A stretch of DNA of 64,000 bases. Origin: Candidatus Bathyarchaeota archaeon (GTDB lineage: Archaea; Thermoproteota; Bathyarchaeia; Bathyarchaeales; Bathycorpusculaceae). Made by a program: the position numbers and the translations under genes. The notes under the pieces are model-generated. The model did not search any database. It was not told the origin of the DNA and worked only from the letters and a program-made list of their open reading frames with translations. The stretch's first letter is position 1. Each line of letters begins with the position of its first letter. Below are positions 20,470 through 29,401 of this stretch, one piece after another. Location of the stretch: positions 64,001 through 128,000 of the forward strand of contig CAVYES010000007.1 in NCBI GenBank assembly GCA_963767735.1, in the 5' to 3' direction.

Positions 20470-21213
20470 TTAGCCTGTCCGCTTGAATTTGTTTAAGACA
20501 GTTTGATAAACAGCGATGCCTGCGTATAAACTGTACGAAAGTATAAGTTTGGGACGGTGAACCGCGTATTTGAGGTCGCTGACTACAAATTCGATTTGTT
20601 TCCGGGTTGTCCACACTGCATCTGGCCGAAAATGAATACAGTATGGTTCATAGACTCCCAAGACCACATAGCCCTTCTTTTCAATCCAATCTTTGATGTA
20701 TCCGTCCTCATAAGTGTGCAGCTTAAACGGTATTTTGATGTCTTCAACTGTTTTTCGTCGAATCAGCGTATCGTGAGTTCCGCCTCTTTTTTCAAATATT
20801 TTTAATGTGAGCCTCTCAAACAGCTTCAGTAATTTGCTTCCTTTCAGCACTGACCAAATTTCAATTCCCCAAATTGCACCCACATCGTCTTTTACTAGTT
20901 TTTCAGCCTCAGCAAACCAGTTTTTAGAAAGGATAACGTCGCTGTCTACAAACATGAACCAGTCACTTTTAACCAGTTGAATTGCAGTCTGCCTAGCACT
21001 GCCCCTTGTTCCTTTCTCTTGAACAAAGGTAACGTTCCCGTATTTTCCTTGAAACGCCTTAACTATGTCTGCAGTAGTGTCAGTAGAGTAGCCGTCAATG
21101 ATAATCAGGTTTTTAACTGGTACGTTATGGTAAATAGAATTAACGCATTCCCTCAACATTCGGTCGCTGTTCATCGTGAGGATTGCAACGTCTACGAACT
21201 TCATTATAATCAA
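20470..21213 (-). CDS. GT2 glycosyltransferase
   Basis: IIIDGYSTDTT, FVDSDV, YEDGY. Confidence 0.92.
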   Translation of the reverse strand: MIIMKFVDVAILTMNSDRMLRECVNSIYHNVPVKNLIIIDGYSTDTTADIVKAFQGKYGNVTFVQEKGTRGSARQTAIQLVKSDWFMFVDSDVILSKNWFAEAEKLVKDDVGAIWGIEIWSVLKGSKLLKLFERLTLKIFEKRGGTHDTLIRRKTVEDIKIPFKLHTYEDGYIKDWIEKKGYVVLGVYEPYCIHFRPDAVWTTRKQIEFVVSDLKYAVHRPKLILSYSLYAGIAVYQTVLNKFKRTG

Positions 21214-21330
21214 CCTGTTTTAGTGTGCGGCGCGCAGTAGATACTTGGGTAGTTTTCTGGCTAATGTTATCATGCCATTAATCGAATGAAAGTCAAGCAT
21301 CATTCCCTCATCAAAAGCTGTGAGAGGATC

Positions 21331-22863
21331 TTAGTGTATTCGTTCAAAGAAATTATTTAGCGATCCGATGCCAGCGTCAAATAGTCTATTGACCGCTTGC
21401 ATGTAGATGGGATTTGTTAATTCACTAAGTAGTTGGTCGCGAACTTTTTGGGAAAAACAAAGACTTTGTTGCCAAGAAACCCAGAACAGCTCCCAGACGG
21501 CCTTTGGCATTGCCTTCAAGTTTGGATAGCCTTGCTTCTCAAGAGGCGTATTGTTTATGGGGATTGAAAGGAGCGGAAATGTCCACGCCATAGCCTTCAT
21601 GTTTCTTAACTCACTCACAAGCTCTATTGTCTTGATTATGTCATCTTCTGTCTCATCTGGGAAGCCAACTATCATCGTGTAACAAGGATACCAATGGTTT
21701 TCGTTCATTATTCTAGTAGCCTCAAGGGCTGTCTCACACCACTCTTGAGGCATCCAAGGCCTAGGCTTTCCAGACATGTACTTAGCAATTATTCTTGGAC
21801 TCCCGCTCTCTAATCCTACATCTGGAAATGTTGGATGCATAAAATCAAAGCCGGCTATGTCGGATATCTCTTTGACTAAATCCGGGTCTTGTCTAACGGT
21901 GGCAATAGAAACATGAGGAAAAGTCACTGACACTTTATACTTCTCTATTACAGCTCTGAAGAGTTTAGTGACGGCCTCGTGATTTACCCATATGCCGTTT
22001 GCATCATATAGCAGTATGTCGTCACTTCGTAAATCAATGTGTTTTGCACCATTTTTTACGTTAACTTTGACTTCCTCCAAAATTTTCTTAAGAGGCACAC
22101 TTCTGAATTCTAGCATAGTCGGCGAGCAGAACTGGCACCTTCTTGGGCACCCCCGGGTTATCTGGACTGCGCCTAATCTAGACGGATTAACAATAGCCGG
22201 AATTTCATCGACCGAAGGTGTTTCACCGTAAACGATTGAGGGCGTTTTTTCATCATTGATTATTTTGCGGGCTAGTTGGGGAAAAGTGACTTCGGCTTCG
22301 CCAAAAAACAGGGTATCTATGCCTAACGCTTTTTGGACTGGTGACAACTGCCAGACTCCTTGGCCTCCAACTATAAGCTTGAAATTGTATTCTTTCTTGA
22401 GCGCTTTGACTTCTTTCATCAGGGTTAGGAACTCGACTTTTGTGCATGAGTCTCCTCCGCCCAGCAGTGAGGCAAGCGTATAGGAGACTGGCGCCTTGCC
22501 TAAAGGGTCAACGACGCTTAAACCGACAATGCATGTGTTCTGGGTGATTGCTTTGTGCATTTTGTTTGGTGTGGTGACAATTACTTGTTTGCTTTGGAAT
22601 CCTGCACGAAGAAGGGCTGCTTCGACTTTTCTTAGCGCATATGTTGCTGTTCTGGCTCTTCCTTTGCTGTCTGTCTCAAGAGGGGCGGCTAAGATTTTTT
22701 TCAGGAACGGTTCTGGCACGAGGCGGTATGGGATGCAATGTCCAAAATCAAAGAAGGATATGCCGCTGAAATTTGTCATGAGGGCTTGGTCAGCTGTTAG
22801 CACTATGGTTTGACTGTTGCTAATTCTTTTTTCGTTTTCATTCGCACTTATTGAGAACACCAC
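21331..22863 (-). CDS. B12-binding-type radical SAM protein of the Grs/Gms-like tetraether-lipid-modifying family
   Basis: IVLTADQALMTN, YALRKVEAAL, DPLG, IVGGQGVWQ, ITRGCPRRCQFC, VGLESGS. Confidence 0.8.
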   Translation of the reverse strand: MVFSISANENEKRISNSQTIVLTADQALMTNFSGISFFDFGHCIPYRLVPEPFLKKILAAPLETDSKGRARTATYALRKVEAALLRAGFQSKQVIVTTPNKMHKAITQNTCIVGLSVVDPLGKAPVSYTLASLLGGGDSCTKVEFLTLMKEVKALKKEYNFKLIVGGQGVWQLSPVQKALGIDTLFFGEAEVTFPQLARKIINDEKTPSIVYGETPSVDEIPAIVNPSRLGAVQITRGCPRRCQFCSPTMLEFRSVPLKKILEEVKVNVKNGAKHIDLRSDDILLYDANGIWVNHEAVTKLFRAVIEKYKVSVTFPHVSIATVRQDPDLVKEISDIAGFDFMHPTFPDVGLESGSPRIIAKYMSGKPRPWMPQEWCETALEATRIMNENHWYPCYTMIVGFPDETEDDIIKTIELVSELRNMKAMAWTFPLLSIPINNTPLEKQGYPNLKAMPKAVWELFWVSWQQSLCFSQKVRDQLLSELTNPIYMQAVNRLFDAGIGSLNNFFERIH

Positions 22864-23045
22864 CTTTTAACAAGCTATAGAAGCGACTAAACGATAGACC
22901 TTGCATTCTTTGGGAAAGCGCCACATTTTTGGCTCTTTTTTATTCTGCCCATAAGTTAATATTTGCACAAAAAGTGTTCCTTTTCCATATCCTTCCTTTT
23001 CACATCTGCCTAAATTAGCCATAACATGCTTAATTTTAGGCACTG

Positions 23046-23258
23046 TTAGTCATCTCTCACTAAAACAATTATCATACATGAAGCGTTATTGATTAACTCT
23101 GGAATTACTGAAAAAACTCTCCAGCCTTCTTTCAGATAGTCGTTAACTCTATCTTGAAAGTCTATTAATTTCTCTGGCACAGTAACATAATTCTTGACTC
23201 CTTGAACTGATTTCACAGTGGTTGAAAAATTGCGCTGAATTAATTTTATCTGTTGCAT
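23046..23258 (-). CDS. Small hypothetical protein
   Basis: VNDYLKEGWRVFSV pattern typical of small beta-alpha-beta-beta domains. Confidence 0.5.
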   Translation of the reverse strand: MQQIKLIQRNFSTTVKSVQGVKNYVTVPEKLIDFQDRVNDYLKEGWRVFSVIPELINNASCMIIVLVRDD

Positions 23259-23302
23259 TTCTTCGCCTCACACAAAATATTTTTTTGTGCGCCCGAATTT
23301 AT

Positions 23303-23362
23303 AAAGTTACTTTACTTAGTAAACTATTTAAGCATAAGCTAACACAAAGTAAAGCAAGTAAC
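23303..23362 (+). promoter_or_regulatory. HxlR promoter/operator, left copy of an inverted repeat
   Basis: AAGTTACTTTACTTAGTAAAC-TATTTAAG-...-AAAGTAAAGCAAGTAAC. Confidence 0.7.
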
Positions 23363-23377
23363 CAAAGAGGAAAAAAT

Positions 23378-23749
23378 ATGGTTCAAAATCATCTGAGTAA
23401 AGAACAAGTTATGAAACTGGTTGAACAGACAGTAGCAATCGTAGGCGATAAATGGAGCCTCCTTATAATTGGCCAAATTGCTTTTGTAAAAAGCCCCAGC
23501 AGATTCAACGAACTAATGAAGGAACTAAAACCTATAAGCTCAAGAACTCTGGCAATAAAACTAGCCAAATTATCAGATCACGGAATCATTGAAAAAACCA
23601 TCGAACCTGCCTCACCCCCATACACCCGGTACGCTCTAACAGAAAAAGGCAAAGACCTTCTTACTGCACTAAAAGCCATGGGCGAATGGAGTTTTAAGTG
23701 GCTCACACAAGACTCAACGCAAAATTGCAACCAAAACACAGTTAAATAA
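23378..23749 (+). CDS. HxlR/DUF24 winged-helix regulator
   Basis: IVGDKWSLLII, RFNEL, ISSRTL, PPYTRYALTEKG. Confidence 0.92.
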   Translation: MVQNHLSKEQVMKLVEQTVAIVGDKWSLLIIGQIAFVKSPSRFNELMKELKPISSRTLAIKLAKLSDHGIIEKTIEPASPPYTRYALTEKGKDLLTALKAMGEWSFKWLTQDSTQNCNQNTVK

Positions 23750-23993
23750 AAAATCGCGAATCAACTCCATCTATTCTTACAACTTCAAGAAGCGCTTAAG
23801 TTTCAAAACAACTGATGGGACCATTGCACAACCACTCGTTTTCAGCCAACTCGTTTATGCTAAATAGATGATGGCCAGGAATGCAACCGACTCTGCATCG
23901 GTCCAAAAATGCAAGTTCCCTTATTATGAGAACTTCTAACTTCGACAATGGTGACGACTGTCTGGCTCAACTAAGTTCAAAAAATTTGTCCAT

Positions 23994-24053
23994 GTTACTT
24001 GCTTTACTTTATGTTAGCATAAATTTAAATACTTTACTAAGTAAAGTTACTTT
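23994..24053 (-). promoter_or_regulatory. Inverted near-copy of the HxlR promoter, directly followed by the ATG of a decayed gene
   Basis: Reverse complement of 23303-23362 with few mismatches; ATG at 23993 (MDKFFEL.., disrupted). Confidence 0.7.
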
Positions 24054-24114
24054 TAATCATTTTAAAAATTTAAGAGTTGGCGCAATAAGTTGGGATCCTT
24101 GAGAGCTGCCAAAA

Positions 24115-24245
24115 AAAGCGAGGTTCCTCTTGGCAAGATGATCCATGTAGAGATACACGGAAAAGAGATACAGATTACTAACGTTGAAGGCAAATTTTAT
24201 GCCCTTGGGCAACAAATGTGGTCACATGAATGCTAGACTCTCCAC
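24115..24245 (+). pseudogene. Rieske [2Fe-2S] ferredoxin fragment
   Basis: VPLGKMIHVEIHGKEIQITNVEGKFYAL(fs)NKCGHMNARLS; second CxxH missing. Confidence 0.75.
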
Positions 24246-24321
24246 GCAGTCGCTAACTAATAGGTTATTACTTTACCGGCGCATTTTAAATAATAAAATT
24301 TTCAATTAAGGTTGAAATTTT

Positions 24322-25323
24322 TTGAAAAACAAGCCACACACCTATCAGGAAACATTGAGAATAGGTCTTAGACTATATCGTGGATTCATTTTAAACTCGT
24401 TCGGAGGAAAAGCTCCGGTTTTTGGTGGACATAAGTTAACTTATAACTGTAACCTTAAGTGTAAAATGTGCCCCTTCTGGAAACGATCCAGCGAAAACTT
24501 GAGCACCCAAAAAGAAAAACAGATTTTAAGGCAAATTTACGATTCAGGTGTTTGCGCCATTGGGTTTGAAGGAGGAGAGCCACTCTTGAGAAAGGACTTG
24601 CCTGAAATTCTAGCTTATTCTCGTTCTCTGCCTCTGCATACAAGCATCGTCACCAATGGCACGCTCCTCAAATCAAGGATAGATGAAATAGCACCATACA
24701 TCAACGGCATCGTATTTGTTTCATTAGATGGTCTGGAGAAAACTCACGACCAAATAAGAGGTGTTAATGGATGTTTCAAAGCAGCGATAAAGGGCATAAC
24801 TGCAGCTAAAGACAAGGTTTCTGTGAGAATCAATATGACCATAATGGCTGATAACATCCATGACGTAGAAGATATGGTGAAATTGGCAAAGGATTTAGGT
24901 GTAAAAATAATATTGTCGGTAGCTCACAAGTACCACAACATCGATGAGTCTGCGCCTCAAGCCGATGAAATCAAAAAGATTGGAAAACAGCTTATTGAAT
25001 TAAAGAGAAAAGGCTATCCCATTATGAACTCAACTAATTATTTCAAAGTAATTGCTAAAGAAAAGAGCTGGAAATGCAAGCCTTGGTCGATTATCAATAT
25101 TGGGACAGACGGGCGGTTGGTTCTGCCTTGTTACGTTCATAATCAGTACGAGACGAGCGCTTCTGTTTTTGAGAATAGCATTAAAGCGGCTACTTCAAGT
25201 TTTGATTGGAAAGTAACGGATAACTGTGTAAAATGCAATCTTCACTGTTACGTGGAGCCTTCTCTTGTGCTTTCGTGGGATCTACGCAGCTGGATAGATT
25301 GGGCTTTCCCAGTCAGAACATGA
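24322..25323 (+). CDS. Radical SAM protein, PTO1314-family-like
   Basis: GHKLTYNCNLKCKMCPFW, FEGGEPLLR, C-terminal CKPW..LPCY..CVKCNLHCYVEPS. Confidence 0.85.
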   Translation: MKNKPHTYQETLRIGLRLYRGFILNSFGGKAPVFGGHKLTYNCNLKCKMCPFWKRSSENLSTQKEKQILRQIYDSGVCAIGFEGGEPLLRKDLPEILAYSRSLPLHTSIVTNGTLLKSRIDEIAPYINGIVFVSLDGLEKTHDQIRGVNGCFKAAIKGITAAKDKVSVRINMTIMADNIHDVEDMVKLAKDLGVKIILSVAHKYHNIDESAPQADEIKKIGKQLIELKRKGYPIMNSTNYFKVIAKEKSWKCKPWSIINIGTDGRLVLPCYVHNQYETSASVFENSIKAATSSFDWKVTDNCVKCNLHCYVEPSLVLSWDLRSWIDWAFPVRT

Positions 25324-25510
25324 CATTTATAAATTTTAATTCCAGTAGCGCTTCCCACCCGATTACCTCTCCAGAGACATGATGGACTACCGTCTCTTCT
25401 GGGGGTAGTCCGGTCCGGCTTACTTTCCCGTAGAAATGCTTGCTGATGACTGTTGGTTCAGTGTTTTTCTAAAAAGTTGCTGATTTAAAATATGGTTCCG
25501 CCCCCTTTTT

Positions 25511-25534
25511 GGGGTCAAATCCCACCGGACCCGC
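25511..25534 (+). repeat. tRNA 3'-end remnant (possible att scar)
   Basis: GGGGTCAAATCCCACCGGACCCGC resembles a T-arm plus acceptor 3' strand; a second GGGTTCAAAT lies at 25546. Confidence 0.55.
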
Positions 25535-25623
25535 TCCGATTTTTGGGTTCAAATTAACTTCAACTCAACGAAATTGACTTCACGAACAAAAATCGCTCTG
25601 GGTTTTTGGTCGCCTGCACAGAG

Positions 25624-25680
25624 ACGTCAAATCCACGTAAAACCACGTATAAACAGCGCAAAAACGAGTATAAATCACGT
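25624..25680. repeat. Phased 10-11 bp imperfect tandem repeats
   Basis: AAATCCACGT AAAACCACGT ATAAACAGCGC AAAAACGAGT ATAAATCACGT. Confidence 0.65.
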
Positions 25681-25908
25681 CTGGGAGCTTCACAAATTCA
25701 GAGGGCTCTAAGCGTTTTCCACCGCGCTTAATCGTTTCTAACCCCAATTTAAGCCCATTCGCACTTTAAAATATGAGTTTTTTGAAGATGTAGCTTCAAA
25801 TTAAACCAAATTCATATGGAAAAAACCTTTGCAGCCCCGATCTGTAAACCAAATAACCCCGCAAAAAAGGCAATGACTAAAAGCAAACAACACAGGGTTC
25901 TTTCCGAG

Positions 25909-26058
25909 AGGGGTATCCCCCCAAAATTGGTCAGAATTGACCAATGAAAAAATGTAAATTAAGACTTGAAAAAGACTAAACTGAGCCCCTTTTCAATAGG
26001 GGTATCACCCTAAATTCCTCAGAATTGAGGAATGAAGAGGTGTGAATTAAGATTTGAA
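25909..26058. repeat. Two ~61 bp direct repeats (period ~88) with covarying hairpins
   Basis: ATTGGTCA-GAAT-TGACCAAT (copy 1, 25909-25970) vs ATTCCTCA-GAAT-TGAGGAAT (copy 2, 25998-26058). Confidence 0.8.
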
Positions 26059-26229
26059 GCAAAAGCAAAATCAATCAAACCGTAACGCATGGCTGGGAAG
26101 CAAAAATAGAGAGCAATGGTCTTTTGGTGATATCTCCCGCATGTTGAGGATTCAAACTGCCCAGTCTTCGAGGCAGTGTAGGAAAGGTTATTTAATTCTT
26201 AAAACAAAAGGTTCCACGGTGAGATAATT

Positions 26230-27024
26230 ATGGAGTGGGGTATGAAAAATAGGTTAAGCAGACTTATCCAAAAAGACGGAAAAGCTCTCTTCTTGCCCAT
26301 TGATCACGGCTATTTCCAGGGACCAACCCATTGCCTTGAGAAGCCAGGCGAAACGATTAAACCGATATATCAATATGCGGATGCCTTAATGTTAACTCGG
26401 GGAGTTCTTCGTAACTGCGTTGACCCAGCAATTGAAAAACCGGTTATTTTGCGGGTTTCAGGCGCAGTATCCGTGGTTGGAGAAGACTTAGCCAACGAGA
26501 GCATAGTTACATCCATGCAGGAAATCCTAAGACTAAACGCTTCAGCAGTATCTATCTCAGTGTTCGTCGGAAGCAAATACGAAAACAAAAGCCTAAGCAA
26601 CTTAGCCAAACTTGTTGATGAATGTGAAGACTACGGAATTCCAGTTATGGCAGTTTCAGCAGTCGGCAAAGAACTCGAAAAACGCGAAGCAAGATACTTA
26701 GCACTCGCAGCCAGAATTTCCGCTGAAATAGGCGCACGAGTAGTCAAAACCTACTATTGCGAGAACTTCCGCAAGGTCGTTGAAGGATGCCCAGTGCCAG
26801 TTGTCATCGCTGGCGGACCAAAAACCGAAACTCAAAAGCAAGTTTTCGACTTCGTTTACGACGGCCTGCAAGCCGGAGCTATAGGCGTCAATTTGGGACG
26901 AAACATTTGGCAAACCGAGTACCCAGTTGCCTCAATCAGAGCTATCCGAGCTATAATACATGAAGGCTACACTGCCCAAGAAGCCGACGACCTCTACAAT
27001 CAGGTAATTGCTGGCAAAGCCTAG
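26230..27024 (+). CDS. lsrF: LsrF-like thiolase / class I DhnA aldolase
   Basis: MEWGMKNRL, DHGYFQGP, GARVVKTYYC, IAGGPK, GRNIWQ. Confidence 0.88.
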   Translation: MEWGMKNRLSRLIQKDGKALFLPIDHGYFQGPTHCLEKPGETIKPIYQYADALMLTRGVLRNCVDPAIEKPVILRVSGAVSVVGEDLANESIVTSMQEILRLNASAVSISVFVGSKYENKSLSNLAKLVDECEDYGIPVMAVSAVGKELEKREARYLALAARISAEIGARVVKTYYCENFRKVVEGCPVPVVIAGGPKTETQKQVFDFVYDGLQAGAIGVNLGRNIWQTEYPVASIRAIRAIIHEGYTAQEADDLYNQVIAGKA

Positions 27025-27049
27025 CAAGCAGCTTTATTTTTTGGTGATT

Positions 27050-28081
27050 TTGTTGCTGACCGCCGTCTACTACAACAACCATGACGTCCGCATCCAAGAA
27101 ATGCCTGTACCCCAAATCGGCGAAGACGAAGCATTATTGAAGGTTATGGCAAGCGGCATATGCGGCAGCGACGTTATCGAATGGTACCGAGTTCCTAAGG
27201 CGCCGCTGGTGCTTGGTCATGAGGCTACAGGCGTCATCGATAAAGTCGGCAGCAAAGTTAAAAGCCTCAAAGTCGGCGACAGAGTCTTTGTTTCACATCA
27301 CGTCCCCTGCAACCAGTGCCGTTACTGCAAAAGAGGCTACCATACAGCCTGCCACACCCTGCACACGACAAATTATTACCCAGGCGGCTTCTCGCAGTAC
27401 ATCCGTGTTCCAACAATAAACATTGACTTCGGCATCTATAAGCTGCCAGATGACATGTCTTTTGAAGAAGGCACCTTCATTGAGCCGTTGGCATGTGTTT
27501 CGCGCGGTCAACGCCTATCTAACCTGCAAAAAGACGACAGGGTACTGATTATCGGCAGCGGTATAGCAGGAATCTTGCATACGCAACTTGCCAAATTCAA
27601 AGGCTTACAAAACATCATTGTTGCAGACATTAACCCGTATAGGCTGGAGCTTGCCAAAAAATTCGGCGCAACCCAAGCCCTAAACGCCAAAGACAACCTT
27701 CCCGCTAAACTCAAAGAAGTGAACGATGGAAGATTAGCTGACCAAGTTGTCGTCTGCACGGGAGCAACTTCTGCCTCCATGTCAGCGTTGGACTGCGTGG
27801 ACAATGGGGGGACTATCCTGTTCTTCGCCGTTCCAGACCCAACCGTGAAGCTGCCAGTGCCGATTAATCAGTTCTGGAGAAACGAAATAACCATGCAGAC
27901 AAGCTACGGCGCAGCACCAAACGATTTGGAAGATTCACTGCGTTTTTTGGCGACGAAGCGGTTAGATGTTAAGGACATGATTACTCATAGGCTTAGTTTA
28001 AGCGAGGCGCAAGAAGGTTTCAGGTTGATGGCTGAGGCTGGGCAATCGTTGAAGGTTATTTTGGAGCCTAACAGAGTTTAA
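27050..28081 (+). CDS. Zinc-dependent (sorbitol-DH-like) alcohol dehydrogenase
   Basis: GICGSD, GHE, CNQCRYC..C, GSGIAG. Confidence 0.92.
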   Translation: MLLTAVYYNNHDVRIQEMPVPQIGEDEALLKVMASGICGSDVIEWYRVPKAPLVLGHEATGVIDKVGSKVKSLKVGDRVFVSHHVPCNQCRYCKRGYHTACHTLHTTNYYPGGFSQYIRVPTINIDFGIYKLPDDMSFEEGTFIEPLACVSRGQRLSNLQKDDRVLIIGSGIAGILHTQLAKFKGLQNIIVADINPYRLELAKKFGATQALNAKDNLPAKLKEVNDGRLADQVVVCTGATSASMSALDCVDNGGTILFFAVPDPTVKLPVPINQFWRNEITMQTSYGAAPNDLEDSLRFLATKRLDVKDMITHRLSLSEAQEGFRLMAEAGQSLKVILEPNRV

Positions 28082-28121
28082 GTTTGTAAGAGATAAAAAG
28101 CAAAACAACATACACTCTATT

Positions 28122-28736
28122 ATGTCACATGTGTCAGATTCAATTAAAGGGCGGCGAAGCGTCAGAAAATATTTAGCTCAGCCTGTACCGCAAAAAGCGA
28201 TTGAGGAGGTTTTGGTGGCTGCTGGCTGGGCACCTTCAGCACATAACGCTCAGCCATGGCGATTCATAGTTATAGCCGATGCTCAGGTTAAACGGGAGTT
28301 GGCGGGGGCGATGGCTAAAACTTGGGCTGCGGACATTGCTAAAGAAAGCGTCTCCGTTGAACCTGAAATATTTCGGCTTCGTATGGAAAGATTCGCCACG
28401 GCACCGGCATTGATTATGGCCTGTTTAAGCATGGATAGCATGGCTAAATTCTCAGATGATGAGAAGCAGGGGTGCGAGCGGGATTTAGCGGTACAAAGCG
28501 TAGCGGCTGCCTTAGAGAACTTGTTGTTGGCTGCGCATTCCATGAGGTTGGGTGCATGCTGGTTCTGTGCACCTGCTTTTTGCAAAGGAACCGTTCGGCA
28601 AGTTTTGGGGATTCCAGCACAGGTTGAACCTCAAGCGTTGATTGCGCTTGGGTACCCGGCTGAGGAGCCGCCTGTGCCACCTAGGAAGCACCTTAGCGAG
28701 TACTGTTTCAGGGACAAGTGGGGCGAAAAGTTTTAG
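28122..28736 (+). CDS. Nitroreductase family protein (FbiB C-terminal-like)
   Basis: RRSVRKY, WAPSAHNAQPWRF, LGACWFCAPAF. Confidence 0.88.
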   Translation: MSHVSDSIKGRRSVRKYLAQPVPQKAIEEVLVAAGWAPSAHNAQPWRFIVIADAQVKRELAGAMAKTWAADIAKESVSVEPEIFRLRMERFATAPALIMACLSMDSMAKFSDDEKQGCERDLAVQSVAAALENLLLAAHSMRLGACWFCAPAFCKGTVRQVLGIPAQVEPQALIALGYPAEEPPVPPRKHLSEYCFRDKWGEKF

Positions 28737-28910
28737 GATTTTACTATTGCAATCTTTAGTATCTTTTCCATCTTTTGACATCTTTCCGTATCTTTTTTAT
28801 ACTCAACTTGCAACAGAAACAAACGCTAAACCAAAAAATAAGCTCAAAAACAAATCCGCTAACCTATAGACCTACTCTGCTTTTTGGGCCAAAAATGCAC
28901 TGTGGAAGTT

Positions 28911-29303
28911 TCATTCTTTCTTGTCTGGGATAAAATCCATTGATATCGAGTTTACGCAGTGCCGAGTGTCTTTTTCTGTGAAGTGTTCGCCGGTGAAGAC
29001 GTGGCCTAAGTGGGCTCCGCAGTTGGCGCATTGGATTTCAGTTCGCATTCCATCGGGGTCAGGCAGCCGTTTAACTGCCCCTGGAATTTCCTCGTCGAAG
29101 CTTGGCCATCCGCAGTTTGCTTCAAACTTGTTTTCTGAACGGTACAGCTTTGCTCCGCAGCGTTTGCAAACGTAGGTGCCTTTTTCCCAAAAAGCAAAGT
29201 ATTTGCCGGTGAAGGGCGTTTCGGTGCCTTTTTGGACGATGACGCGTTCCTCTTGGGGAGTAAGTGTCTTGGTTTCGTTTGGAAAAGTAGACATAATTAC
29301 CAC
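28911..29303 (-). CDS. msrB: Methionine-R-sulfoxide reductase
   Basis: KGTETPF, CGWPSF, AHLGHVF, RHCVNS. Confidence 0.95.
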   Translation of the reverse strand: MVIMSTFPNETKTLTPQEERVIVQKGTETPFTGKYFAFWEKGTYVCKRCGAKLYRSENKFEANCGWPSFDEEIPGAVKRLPDPDGMRTEIQCANCGAHLGHVFTGEHFTEKDTRHCVNSISMDFIPDKKE

Positions 29304-29401
29304 TAATAATCATGTTCTTGGATTGTAAAAAACATTCTGCCGCAGTTGTCGCCGACAAACAAATATAGGGGTAACTTGTTAAGTAAATATAGGTTTTTTA
29401 C

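Noticed and set aside
25443-25465. Hammerhead ribozyme core CTGATGA
   Set aside because: The following stem is not closed by GAAA
25909-26058. CRISPR array or ORB-type origin
   Set aside because: Only two long divergent units, no cas genes; no TTCCAGTGGAAA-type ORB and no cdc6 nearby
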